A stretch of DNA of 64,000 bases from Octopus bimaculoides. Taxonomy: Eukaryota. Below the pieces are notes generated by a model that saw only the letters and a program-made list of their open reading frames with translations, did not search any database and was not told the DNA's origin. A program made the position numbers and the translations under genes. The stretch lies in contig NC_068992.1 of NCBI RefSeq assembly GCF_001194135.2, positions 2,932,424 to 2,996,423 on the forward strand. Reading direction: 5' to 3'. This document shows, piece by piece, positions 1-12,632 of the stretch. Within the stretch, counting starts at the first letter, position 1. Every line of letters starts with the position of its first letter.

Positions 1-209
1 ATGGAACTATACATGGAAAATGGATTTATAGGTTCAATTCCAACCTGAGCACACAAACTTATCAATGGCAAGTTTTAAAATGAGGTCAAAAGCATGAAAA
101 TATGTTTTTGTTTTTCATTATTACAAATCACTTTATGATGATCCTGAATTTTTACTGATTGACATCTAAGCTAGAGAATGAAAGGAAAGTTCTTTGGATC
201 TGTGGGTGT

Positions 210-240
<31 letters not shown>

Positions 241-545
241 TGGCTTTTTTTCCTTTTCACTTGCCCAGCATGGCCGCAGTCTAATGACTGAAACAAGTAA
301 AAGATAAGAATAAACATGTTGTGGCTTCTTTGATTCTGCTTTGTCTTTGATCCTCTATCATTTTAACCCCAGTCTATATACTGAGTGTGTCTTCATATAT
401 CTCCCCCATTTCATATGATACGAATACATAATGAATATCACTTCCCTGCATTAGTTACTGTGTTATGTCTTTAATGTCTAACTCCTACTTTTGTTCTCAA
501 TTGATTTCATTTTACTTAAAATACATCATAACATCTAGCATTTAG

Positions 546-581
546 GGATCACTGGCAATGGTAGTTAAAGGGTTCCTACAG
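546..581 (+). CDS. Candidate internal exon (36 nt, GSLAMVVKGFLQ, phase 0-0) of an unidentified gene
   Basis: catttag|GGATCA...CTACAG|gtcagt; only one of three frames is open. Splice-site pattern only, no homology recognised. Confidence 0.2.
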
Positions 582-784
582 GTCAGTCAGTGATTCGCTG
601 CAGTTAAAAGGGGCAACACTACCAACAGAACATGTATATAATTGAAAGAGCAATTGAAAGACAACAAATAACAAGGAAGGTATTTCTGTTACAAAGCACC
701 AGTTTATTGGTTTTCTTGCTAATGTTTACATCTTTTGCTGATATACATCATTGAGAGACATACACCTATTTCTATACAAACATA

Positions 785-1190
785 TGGGTCCTGAGGAAGT
801 ACTGGAGGACAACCTCAGGACACTGATCCTTTCAGTGGAGATGACAATGGACCGAGGTATCTGGGGCCTTGTTGTATTCAAGAAGACCGGCCCTCCATGG
901 CGGAAGTGTTAAGGCCACTCAATCTGATGAAGAGGATTGGCCTGCAGGAGTCCTGTGTTAGTGCCATGTAAAAAGCAATTGTACATGTAAAATCACTTGT
1001 GCCAGTGGCACATTAAAAGTACCCAACACCCCCTGTAAAGTGGTTGGCATTAGGAAGAGCATCCAGCTGTAGAAACTAAGTCAAATCAGACAGGAACTTG
1101 GTGCAGCTCTCCAGCTTGCCATCTCTGGTCAAGTCATCTAACCCATGCCAGCTTGGAAAATGGACGTTAAAGGATGATGATGATGATGAT
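785..1190 (+). mobile_element. RTE-clade LINE 3' end (ORF C-terminus, 3'UTR and (GAT)n tail)
   Basis: Translates to EVLEDNLRTLILSVEMTMDRGIWGLVVFKKT, typical of RTE ORF ends. Followed by the 3'UTR seen repeatedly in the window (gtggttggcattaggaag..catccagctgtagaaac..acccatgccagc..gacgttaaa) and a gatgatgat tail. Confidence 0.75.
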
Positions 1191-1292
1191 GTGTATACAT
1201 ACATACATACATACATACATACACACATATGCATGCAATGGTCTTCTGCATTACTTTACAGGTTAGATCTACTACTTGTCTTTTATCCTATA

Positions 1293-1294
<2 letters not shown>

Positions 1295-1349
<55 letters not shown>
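1295..1349. repeat. (TG)n microsatellite
   Basis: Direct reading. Confidence 0.98.
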
Positions 1350-1350
<1 letters not shown>

Positions 1351-1617
1351 TTTTGATTTGTTTCTTCTAGCTAACAGGCTATTCTATTTCCACACATTCT
1401 GTGACTGACTAACACCAAAATCCCTTCTGCTCACTTGTTTTAATTGAAATCAGTTGTCAGACTGATTTATAAATTCTTGTGTGGGAAGAATTCTCATTAT
1501 CAATTTATTTATTTATTTGCATATTTATTTTAATTTATGTTTGATAAAAAGAATGAAAATTTCTATTCAATATTGTTGTACATTTTTCACAAAACAGTTG
1601 TGATCTTTTCTCTCCAG

Positions 1618-1643
1618 ATAGAGATGAATGGTTATTTAATCAG
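1618..1643 (+). CDS. Candidate short exon (26 nt; IEMNGYLI or xRDEWLFNQ)
   Basis: gatcttttctctccag|ATAGAGATGAATGGTTATTTAATCAG|gtaaga: good pyrimidine tract and strong donor. Product not recognised. Confidence 0.4.
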
Positions 1644-1794
1644 GTAAGAATATAAGTCAAACGAATAATTTGTGCTGTTAGTGTCTTCCAAGGCATTAGA
1701 TATTTAGATTTACTTTAATTTGTGCACACACACACACACACGTCTTTGTATGCGTGAGAGCTCTTGTGTTTTACATATATATAATGTTGACAAA

Positions 1795-2105
1795 CTATGT
1801 GTGACAACAAAAGAGATAAACGTCAATATGTATTGGGCAATATGTATTGCATATGACTATATTGTATTGTCTTATGTATACAATAAGAGTGTCACATACT
1901 GAATTTGAGTATGACAGTAAAACCTTGGGTGTGAGGTCATCACAGATGTATACAGCAACTCTACCATGGCTCCTTTCCCTTCTGTCTGTTCGCAGTATGG
2001 TATATTTTGGTACGCATACTTCTGCATCCTTTATATTATATATGAGGTGAGTTTCCACAAGTGCTATGAATAGGGCTTGATTGCATGCAGCAAGGTCTGT
2101 CAGGA
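1795..2105 (-). pseudogene. APE endonuclease fragment of a CR1/L2-like LINE
   Basis: ORF 1795-2058: ETHLIYNIKDAEVCVPKYTILRTDRRERSHGRVAVYICDDLTPKVLLSYSNSVCDTLIV matches the APE N-terminal pattern ETHL...Y..RxDR...GGVAIY. Confidence 0.75.
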
Positions 2106-2153
2106 AAAAAATTTTGCTTTTGTTATGATATTTATATATACATATTTATATAA

Positions 2154-2185
<32 letters not shown>

Positions 2186-2262
2186 CTATATATATATATA
2201 TATATATATATAAATATATATATTTATATTTATAAATATATATATATATATGTGGCCGTTGC

Positions 2263-2656
2263 NNNNNNNNNNNNNNNNNNNNNNNNNNNNNNNNNNNNNN
2301 NNNNNNNNNNNNNNNNNNNNNNNNNNNNNNNNNNNNNNNNNNNNNNNNNNNNNNNNNNNNNNNNNNNNNNNNNNNNNNNNNNNNNNNNNNNNNNNNNNNN
2401 NNNNNNNNNNNNNNNNNNNNNNNNNNNNNNNNNNNNNNNNNNNNNNNNNNNNNNNNNNNNNNNNNNNNNNNNNNNNNNNNNNNNNNNNNNNNNNNNNNNN
2501 NNNNNNNNNNNNNNNNNNNNNNNNNNNNNNNNNNNNNNNNNNNNNNNNNNNNNNNNNNNNNNNNNNNNNNNNNNNNNNNNNNNNNNNNNNNNNNNNNNNN
2601 NNNNNNNNNNNNNNNNNNNNNNNNNNNNNNNNNNNNNNNNNNNNNNNNNNNNNNNN
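2263..2656. other. Assembly gap (N-run) flanked by (TA)n
   Basis: Direct reading. Confidence 1.
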
Positions 2657-2715
<59 letters not shown>

Positions 2716-5700
2716 TCACCTTACCCTCTCTTCATACTGATATTTCCCATCAATTGCACCTCCATCCTTGTACATCACTCACTACATTCACCTCTATCCC
2801 CATCTCTGACCATCTATAAATATACCCTTGCAATGTTATGAAACTCCCCCCTTTCTTCTCTGATCCTCTGTCAGTATCCTCTTTTATATCTACCTTGCAC
2901 ACTTCATCTCATCGCCACCATCTTTATCTTTTTTCTAGCTACTCCTACCCAGCCATATATAATCTGGGTAGCGCTGTATCTCTTCTACAGCAAGACACCT
3001 ACGTTTCTAACCCTGTATCTTACTTTAGCCTCTCAACCATTTAGCATAAAACCATGCCCTCTCACTTATAAATACTCCTACACACATACTTAGTACCAAA
3101 TGGTAATCGTTATATCCAGCTTAATGTGGACATCTTATTAGAACACTGAATACTATGTTATTTGCTATGAGAGACCTTCTTATGTAGGTTCTTGGTGCAT
3201 GAAAGCACACACAAAGATCATAACAGACCGGAATCATTTGTCATTGCCACCAGAATTCCACAAAGCCATTTTCACTCACCCTCTAGGCATATCCTATTGA
3301 ACTTTTCTTCAATGATTTTTATGGACTTGCTATTTTAGTTTAGCTCCCCCCACACACATACACTTGTCCCACTCATGCTAGCATGGAAGGCGGACGTTAA
3401 ACAGTGATGATGATATATATATATATCATGGACAATCAATAGGATATAACATCCCACTTCACACAGCCTCTGTCTTCCACCTAAAAGTTTTAATGAATGC
3501 AGTGGTTGCCAAACCATATTAATATGTGCAGCTGTACCTAAGCCAATTTTTTCTAAGCTAACTCCAATCCAAATATCTATCTGTACTCTTATCTCTAGCC
3601 ATGAATATCTTATTATATCTTATTGAACTTTTGCAAAGCTTACATTGGTTCTTTTTTCTTAATGTAGTTTTCTAGACAAAAATACAGTGTTACATAAATT
3701 ATAATCAGATCAACGGTCTCTGATGATTTTTCTTGAAATCTCCTGATGTCAGACTTCTTCAAACTGGAGTTACTTTCAAAGAATTTCATTTTGAATAGCT
3801 GGATGTAATTCTACGTGAAAGCTTTATTCTTATAAATGAAATGCATTTCCCTTTTTCAATAATATTATATTTGGATCTATGTCAGGACATAATGGTGGTA
3901 AACTTTACTTACTACATCATTCTAGTTTGAAAATTGCTGTCATTCTTTGAACATTGTGGAAAACATTCACCATTAATATTCTCCCTAAAATATAGTCAGA
4001 AATCTACTTCATAATTGAAATGAATTTATGGAAAGTGATGATTCACTTAATATTGGTTTATTATATTAGCACCATTCCACAAGTTTGTGGATGGTCCCTG
4101 TCAGTTGAAATGATTCATTTGAGAGGTTTGATCTTTATATTTTATCAATTGTAGAAGGATAAAATTTAATGCTGAATACAAGATTTGAACTCAGAATGTA
4201 AAGGGATTTAATTAAAAACTACAAAATATTCAATTGAGTGCTGTATTGCTGTTTAACTTTCCTCAATATAATGCTTAGCTATGGTTAAAACAATATTTAA
4301 ATTCAATGATTTGTACCTTTAACAATGTAAGTACTGCATTTTAGTTAGAATGAAGAAGTCCCTATGTTTTTCTTCTGAGATACACTAGGAAATATCTTTA
4401 CTAAATTTGTTTTTCTAAATATTTATTTCAAGTAGAGGAATCAAGAAGACCCGATATGTGAGATTATGAAGTTCATATATGTAAATAACAAGTTATTTCT
4501 GATCAAGTTATTTATTTCTTGGGTACTTTTGTTTAATCTCAGGTATTTAATATTGATTCTCCCCATGAGACAGAAATCTTCTTATCAGAGCCAAACATTA
4601 AGATTGCATGGTTTCCATGCCTTTCTCAAGGTTATTATTGTTGTAAATGAATTAAAACTTTACAGTTATCAAGGAGTGATAGTAAACCCTGCTTCAGATA
4701 TAATCACTAATCTACAACACTCTAGTTTTAATATTAATTAGATAACAGGACAATGTTATTAGAATGTTAGTAGAGTAAAAGTCTGGCTTTTCTCATTACC
4801 ATAATGATTAGTAATTCAATGTGGTAGGCAAGACAACTTTAATTAATCAAAACAATATCCTGATCAAAAGTAAAGAAGCATTGATGTACAGTGTTTAACA
4901 AAACCAGACTGAGCTAAGGGTTACAACTCTATGTATATTGTTTTTCAATACAACACATCCATAGGAAATATTATCTCTGTTCTAATACCACAGTAAATTT
5001 GCTTTTCAGTTATGTATTTACATTACGCATGATACATAAATAGCTGTTTTATTCTTATACTGCTTCTATCACAAATAACAGACTTTTATTCGACCAGCAG
5101 CTATATGCAATACTAGTGAATGTATGTTCACTGTTTTCCTATGTACTGGAGATGATAGATCTCATTCAAACATGTCACTGGTTGTGAGTACACACCATTG
5201 ACACGGCTAAAGTACATCTTGCATTCTTGCTGACCTCTGCTGAGATGATTTTCATCTCCCTCCAATATATTTGTACTTTTAAAAACAACACAGCCATAAG
5301 AGATGTTATCCTGGGATGAATATCACAATAAATTTGCTTCTCAACAATGCTGTCACATTAGGTATGATACATAGATGGCAGTATGTGTGTTTTTAATTCA
5401 TTAATGCAAATAAATTAGAACTGAGATTCTGTAATAGAGTGAGGGTTAGGATATCCTAGTCTTTGGTCTGAAGCTTAGTTGTGTACCTGTTTCCTAAGTC
5501 AATGTTAAAGCTTTCTTGTGCGTGGACAACAAATGTTGAAGCTGGAATGTATGAATGTCATACTTGATGTCTTTCAATATTGAATTCAATCCATCATTTT
5601 TCTCTGCTCAAATATCGCTGACATCTTCTGTTTTATTGTTCTTACTCAGGGAAAATAAAAATATTGGGTGAGCTCCGTAACTTACAAAGAGTTGATTTGT

Positions 5701-5817
5701 TTCTACAAATCAACTTTTTGTTGATTTAGCCATCAACACTGAAAAGTTTTTTAAGAAAGATGGGGGAAGAAACAAAGTAAAATCCATGTTTATGTCATCA
5801 TTCACTGACATCTTTAG

Positions 5818-5863
5818 CTGCCAACTTGAAGAAACCATTTTCTTCTGATATATCAACCTCAAG
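5818..5863 (+). CDS. Candidate exon (46 nt; xANLKKPFSSDISTS, phase 1-2)
   Basis: tctttag|CTGCC...CTCAAG|gtatgt; one open frame; it does not chain in phase with the neighbouring candidates. Confidence 0.15.
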
Positions 5864-6300
5864 GTATGTGGATGTTGACTGACATTTTGATTTGGTCTCT
5901 TCTACTTAGAAGTAAAAGGGATTCTTCTATTTTAGAAGAAAGGATCAATATTGTTCCTATTCTTCTTACCTTTCTATTCAATAGAAGTTTGAATAAATCA
6001 AAGAACTCAAAGCCTGGATCTGGGTAATTATGTCACGTATTTAACCACAAATTTAATTCTATATTTCACTCATAAAATGCAATGTCTAACAGGGTCTTTT
6101 AATTCCAATATTTGCAGTGTCTTTTTTTTTTTCTTTCTAATAGATATACTGGGAAGCCAATATTTTGTGTAATATAGAAAAGCATAATGGTTAAAGTGAT
6201 GGGATACTGACATCCAAGTTACGCATTCAATCTTCATTACAGCCATCCCTTGTGTCTTTGAGCTAGTGATTATAACCTTCCTTGTTTCAGTCTGTCTCGG

Positions 6301-6530
6301 TGACAAATTAGTTTCTACTTTTTGTTGTCAATAGAACAAACCTCCTCTTGTAAAAAAAAAAAAAAATTCTTCAAAGAAAATCCTTCTTGGTCATCTCACC
6401 ATGAAAAATTGGATCTGAATGACAAATTAGTTTTTAGTTTGGTTACCTGTTGGACAGTCTTCCTGTTGTGAAAGATTTCTTCAAAGAAAATCCATTTTGG
6501 TCATCTTTGCATGAAAAATTGGATGTAAAA
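6301..6530 (+). repeat. Diverged tandem duplication, ~115-nt unit x2
   Basis: tgacaaattagttt...ttcttcaaagaaaatcc...ttggtcatct...catgaaaaattggat occurs at 6301-6419 and 6420-6530. Confidence 0.85.
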
Positions 6531-7271
6531 AAACAATAAAACCATAAAAACAGTTGAAGAAATACCTCATTCAGTTCATATATTGATACTGAAAATAATA
6601 TCATTCTTTTTGAGTTTAAGAATCAGAGAATAACGGTTTTATTATTTACTCTTTCCCTTGAGTAAACTTAGGAGATCAGATTAGTTGCTATGTCAAATAT
6701 CAGAGCTTTTGTGTTTTTTACCAAAAAATCAGAGAAGCAGGTATTAACGTATTTTTGAAGGATTAATTATTGTTGCTTTTTCTTCTTTCTTTGCCACAAG
6801 TTTCAGAGTTTAATACAAATGTAAATCTGCAACTAAAAGAAATAAATAAAATGTCCACACTACTCTGCTTATTGTAATCTACCAACAGCAGTAAATGTAA
6901 AAACCACTGCAGTCTTTTCTAATTATTAAATTCCTTTGAAATCCTTACAAAGTTATAGTGTTGCCTCATAAATCTTCTCAGTGTTATCTCACTTTAGTAT
7001 CAATCCTTGTGAAAATTCAGGAGAATTACAAGACACTCTACATGATGCCTATAGCTACATTGTATCACAAATATACAGTTTCTCAATGACAGAATCTCTA
7101 GGGTAGTCAATCAACCTGGTGAAAATTACAGACAAGCCGCACTCAAGTATCATACTATCATTTCAAAAAGGGAAGAATCATTGGATATTTTATTGTTTTT
7201 ATTACCTATATATGTATGTGTATGTCGTCGTCATCGTTTAATGTCCACCTTCCATGCTAGCATGGATATAC

Positions 7272-7304
<33 letters not shown>

Positions 7305-7499
7305 GATAAAGAAAATGACAAAGAAACGAGATGGTCATATCTGGAATCTCTTTGATTATAAGTTTGTTCAATCAGTATTTGTCTGGTACTGAAGGGTTAA
7401 AATAATATAGTCTCCCACAACACTCTTTTAGATGTGAAGAAGTCCTTGAAAATCTATCAGCAAAATGAAATGATGTAAATTAGTAGATTAAATGGTTCC

Positions 7500-7694
7500 C
7501 ATGCCGGTGGCATGTAAAAGCACCCATTACACTCTCAGAGTGGTTGGCATTAGAAAGGGCATCCAGCCATAGAACCATGCCAAATCAGACTGGAGTTTGG
7601 TGCAGCCCTTCAATTTACCAGCCCTGGTCAAACCATCCAACCTATGCCAGCATGGGCAATGGATGTTAAATGATGATGATGTTGATGATGATGA
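7500..7694 (+). mobile_element. RTE-type 3'UTR/tail repeat (same family as 785-1190)
   Basis: gtggttggcattagaaagggcatccagc...aacctatgccagcatgg...gttaaatgatgatgat. Confidence 0.8.
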
Positions 7695-10600
7695 GATATG
7701 CAGGTGAAATAGGTTTGACATAAAAGGAAAATGACTACTTTTCTGATCAAGGTTTTCAAAAATATTTTTAAATACAATAATTTGTAGGTTCTTCTAAGAC
7801 ATTTGAAAGGAATATTCAAACAGTTTTACTTTTTATAATCTTAGAACTGCTTCTAAATGAAAATGGAAATTAGAGAACAAATTGAACATCAGACATCTTT
7901 GTTAATCTAAAAGTCAGGATATAGAAAAGTATTAAACTTGACACCTCAATAATTGGGGAGAAATCCACTGTAGAGACCCAAATTGAAAACATTTATGCCA
8001 TGGTGTTCCCGTTACTCCATTCAGAACATTAACTCTTAAGTCTGAAATATGTTAAAATAAGCAACAGAAATATTAAAGAGACAACATATTAGGATAAATA
8101 AATTGAGATGTTGATCTTAAAAGAATAATAAACTATAAACATATCGATAATTCATAACATAGAAATGCTGGGAAATTAAAAGTGTCGTTGAAATTCATTT
8201 AGAATATGCCCAGAAAAAGGAAAACTTCAACATTGTCTCTATTTCAATGATTCCTTAAAAATGCCAAGAAATTTTTCCATTGATCCAATTAACTATTTTC
8301 TATTCCTTTCAAGTCCTGAAATTCAGTTTATGCTCTCCTCCCCTCCAGAACTTTCTCATTTGGATAATGTTAAAGAGAGGAATTCAACAGAGGTAGTTTT
8401 ATTATCAGATAAAGATTCTGTTAATTGGATGAAGAAGACTTAACACTCAATTTTCTTATATTTAACTTGGCTTCACCAGTAAGAGGCAATATGTTGAACT
8501 GATGGGGGGGGGGGGGTAGCTGTTTGGATAAGTCTCTAGACCTACACTGCTCAGTCTGCTGGTATTATTTCTATTAGATATCTTGTTATTCAAAATCTGT
8601 TTGATAACTTCATAATTTCACCATAAAACAATTGTGGTATAATAATCCATTGGGAGAATATGTGAGTGTAGCAACTGAAAAATTATGGTTTGGTCTCATT
8701 GTGTCTCCATTTTTTATTTTAATAAATATCTAGCATAAATCATCTAGTAGTGTAGACGATATAGTCAGTTTGTATACAGGGAAACTTAAATATAATTGAT
8801 CATTAATTTAAACACATTATACATATGAAACCACTCCTAGCTTTGTTTTGTATCAGCTTTTAGGTTATCTGCCATACAGAGAGCATCAGGTCTAACAACA
8901 GAAGAATCACATTTTGTTTGAACAATATGTTCTTTCTGGGAATTATTAACCTAAAATTTATTGGATTAGAAATATATTACACAGAATTAATTGCTTATAA
9001 TAATATTTATTTTGCAGTTTCAAATAGAGAAGCAAAGAAAATATTTTGCCCAATCACTGATGGGTGACATTCTTACACTCCCAATATTGTCTCGTCACCA
9101 ATGTTTGGTATAATGAATTAATGATTAAAATAACAAAAGTTGTAGTGATTATGTAACCATATCTATATACATACATAAATAAACTCACCATATACACTAT
9201 ATACCATATAATCATGACTGTATACTTGAAGCAATACTAGTTTAGTTTTCTTTCCCTGAGTTTTCCTTTAATTCAAAATATAATCAAATGAAATTACAAT
9301 TATGATATAGAACAAGAAAAAAAAGACATGAGAGATAAATAAAATGACATTGTTTTCTTTCTCTCTTGTCTGTTGGCTATGTTCTACATTCTCTTATATT
9401 TGGATCATATGATACAGTTTGTCAGATGTTAAATGAGTTTCTTTTCTTTTCTTTTCTCTCTCACTCCCTTTTATACTTGAGAAATTTATATACTTACTGC
9501 TGTTAAAATAGAGTTGTTACAATATTATTCAGAAAGTGATAAGAAGATTGTAAGAAATGGAAAGAGAGAGAGAGAGAGAGATGGCTGAAGAATAACAGAA
9601 TACACATTGTTTTGAAAAGAAAGGATAGATGTTGCTCTCATAAATTGTAGAATTTAAATAAAAAGAATGTTAGTAAAATATATAAAACAGAGTTTGTAGT
9701 TGCTTTTATGATAACAATTTTCTATAAAGATTAGTTGAGCTGTTTTACCAAATAGCTTTTCCGCTTATTTCTTAAATACTTCCTTGAGTACTTATTAATT
9801 ACCTTTGGAAGGTGCAACATTTTAATTATCATTTTACATGCTCTGGCAAACATTTTAATCTAGAAAAGAAAAACCAGTTTCTTACGCTCGTTAATTATCA
9901 TCTCTTCTGCAACTGTGATCAGCTGAACATTTGTTATGTTGTTAATAGAAATAACAAGATGGTTTAGTTTCTCTCATTATCTGTTTTGTTTTGTTGTTTT
10001 TTGAGGGGGGAGGGGGATGTCACAAGAGTCAATTCTGTAGAATGAAGTAAAAACTCAATACATCATCCTTGAGAAGTGTATAGCATGTTGTAGCAGTGGT
10101 AATGGTACCAGGGGGAAATCATGGGAGATATCATGGGAGATATGATAATAGGAATAATAATAATAATAATCCTTTCCACTATAGACAAATGGAACCCAGT
10201 GCAACTCTCTGGCTTACCAGCTTTTGTCAAACTGCCCAGCTCACGCCAGCATGGAAACAGACATTAAATGATAATGGTTTACCAAATCTAAAAAATAATT
10301 CCTGAAAGACTCGGTTAATGGAGGAAAATATTATGTTGTACTCATTGGAGGAGGAGTCATAATTCAATTTTATATCTTTCATTCATTTTCAACAATAAAA
10401 TAAATCACTATTAATAATGGAAACTTTTAAATATTTCAATATTTATAGTTGCCTTCAGCATTTTAATATACAGTTTTTGCCATTTCTGGATGATGAGCAT
10501 TTAAAAAAATCCTTCGTGAGATCTTTCATTTGAAGAATAACTTTTGACAGGGTTTCATTTGTTCAAAATTGAAATACTTTTCCCATGAGGAAACGGAATT

Positions 10601-10736
10601 AAGTTGATGTTTTGATTATAAAACAGAAACATTTGTTGCATAACTGAAAGATATAAGAACAAGTTGTAAATTCTCTTCAGTTAGAATGTTAATATTCAGT
10701 GTATATTTTATATAATAGAAGGACAATGTTGATATT

Positions 10737-10889
10737 CTTTTCTGCTATAGACACAGGGCCCAAAATTTTGGGGGAAGGGGCCAGTCAATTAGATCGACCT
10801 CAGTATGCAACTGGTACTTAATTTATCGACCCTGAAAGGATGAAAGGCAAAGTCAACCTCAGCGGAATTTGAACTCAGAACCTAATGAC
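10737..10889 (-). mobile_element. 5'-truncated Nin/Deu-domain tRNA SINE with 17-bp TSD
   Basis: Reverse complement carries gttgactttgcctttcatcctttcagggtcgataaattaagtaccag (Nin/Deu-like). Flanked by aggacaatgttgatatt (10720-10736) and aggacaatgttaatatt (10890-10906). Confidence 0.8.
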
Positions 10890-10917
10890 AGGACAATGTT
10901 AATATTAACTGTTATTA

Positions 10918-11274
10918 AGGCAGCATGCTGGGAAAACTACTTAGTGGCATTTTGTCCCACTTTACATTCTGAGTTCAAATTCCACCAAGGTCGACTTTGC
11001 CTTCTGTCCCTTTCAAGATCAATAAAATAAGTACCAGTTGAATACTGGGGGTCGATGTAATCGGCATAGCCCCCTCCCCCGAACTTGCTGGCTTTGTGCC
11101 AAAATTTGAAATCTGTATTAAGGTGTCAAGCTGGCAGAATCATTAGCACAGCAGGCAAAATGCTGTGGCATTTTGTCAGTCTTTACATTCTAAGTTCAAA
11201 TCCTACCGAGGTCAACTTTACCTTTCATCATTTCAGGGTCAATAAAATAAGTACCAGTTGAACATTGGGGTCAT
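10918..11274 (+). mobile_element. Two tandem Nin/Deu-domain tRNA SINE copies (10918-11112, 11120-11274)
   Basis: Degenerate A box (gctggcagaatc), B box (gagttcaaattcc) and gtcgactttgccttt...gtcaataaaataagtaccag core. Confidence 0.8.
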
Positions 11275-11399
11275 CAGTCCTCAGTCAAACCGTCCAACCC
11301 ATGCCAGCATGGAAAGTGGACCTTAAACAATGATGATGATGATGATGATTGCAAGAAACAGCTAGATTTCTTTTTCTGACATTTTACAGAGTTCAACCT

Positions 11400-11542
11400 A
11401 CACAAGTCAATGTGGGGGAAAAGCATTAATAAATAAAATTCTATAAAGCTAGTTTTTAAACCTTGAATGATTATTTGGGGTCCACCAGAATAAAATAGTA
11501 ATGAAAAGGGTCCATCGATTAAAAAATGGTTGAGAACCCCTG
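11400..11542 (+). mobile_element. hAT/Charlie-like MITE 3' end
   Basis: Ends in ggttgagaacccctg (reverse complement CAGGGGTTCTCAACC, Charlie-type TIR). A related end, ggttgggaatcactg, is at 25963-25977. Partner TIRs not found. Confidence 0.5.
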
Positions 11543-12246
11543 CTCTACTGTCATGTGGGATACCCCTGTCTTCAACTGCTACCTATGCAGCATATATTTC
11601 CCACTATTGCTTATTTACTCTCAATACCAATATGTCTGTACTAATATAGTTTTATCTCTTAAATAAGTCACTAGACACTATTTTGCTGACCTGTCACATT
11701 TTCATGTTATCTCAAGCGAAAAGAAATTGTTGTGGCAAGAAGTATTTGCATTTTAAAGAAAACATCTGACTATCTTCAAAATATCTTCCATAGTTGTTTA
11801 TTTGTCCTTGGCACAGTCTTATTTGTGTGAACATTCCATATATTGATGTATTTATGTCAACATAGATTTTATGTTGGTGTAATGCTTACGTCAATGAAGT
11901 AGCATTCTATAATCTAATGACTGTTATATACTATTTACCTTTGTTTCTCGTTATATTCTAGTTTGTTAATCTTATGGTAGATAATCACATTATTTGCTAT
12001 TTTTAACAAGGTAGTAAAAAAATTTTGGTTACATTATAAACAAATACGAAACAAAAAAACTGGTCTTATTGATAAGTAATCAATTTTGCACACGTTATCA
12101 TTATTATTGTGTCTTTAAAGAAAACATATCCATAAGGAATATTATGTCCAAACTTCTATAAGTTTGCCTTTTTACCATCTGTTTACATCAAGTATGCTAC
12201 ACGGATAACTATTTTAATCTAATATTACTTCTATTTCATATAACAG

Positions 12247-12290
<44 letters not shown>

Positions 12291-12392
12291 GATTGGGTGA
12301 GAGAGCAGTGCATGCCATCAAGGTGACACTGGGGAAGAATATACGAAGCCCAGTACTTATAGTTGAAAGAATTATTATTATTATTATCATTC

Positions 12393-12620
12393 AAGGCAGC
12401 AAGTTGACAAAATCGTTTGCACGCTGGGTGAAATACTTAGTGGTATTTCATCTGTGTTCATGTTCTGAGTTCAAGTGCCACCAGGATTGACTTTGCTTGT
12501 CATCCTTTCGAGGTTGATAGATTAAGTACCAGTTATGCACTTGGGCTGGTGTAATCGACTTGTCCCCTCTCCGCAAATTTCAGGCATTGTGCCTTTAGTA
12601 GAAAAGACTATTATTATTAT
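12393..12620 (+). mobile_element. Nin/Deu-domain tRNA SINE, near full length, (ATT)n tail
   Basis: Same head, B box and core as the copies at 10918, 36212 and 45941. Confidence 0.8.
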
Positions 12621-12632
12621 CACCATTACTAT

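Noticed and set aside
2100-2819. Long ORFs (160-204 aa) in the track, likewise 32536-32946, 56254-56710 and 60087-60354
   Set aside because: Artefacts of translating N-gaps and (TA)n/(CA)n repeats.
3150-3215. Possible hammerhead relic after the C-rich tract 2716-3100
   Set aside because: Core too degenerate (no CTGANGA; stem II not adjacent to GAAA).
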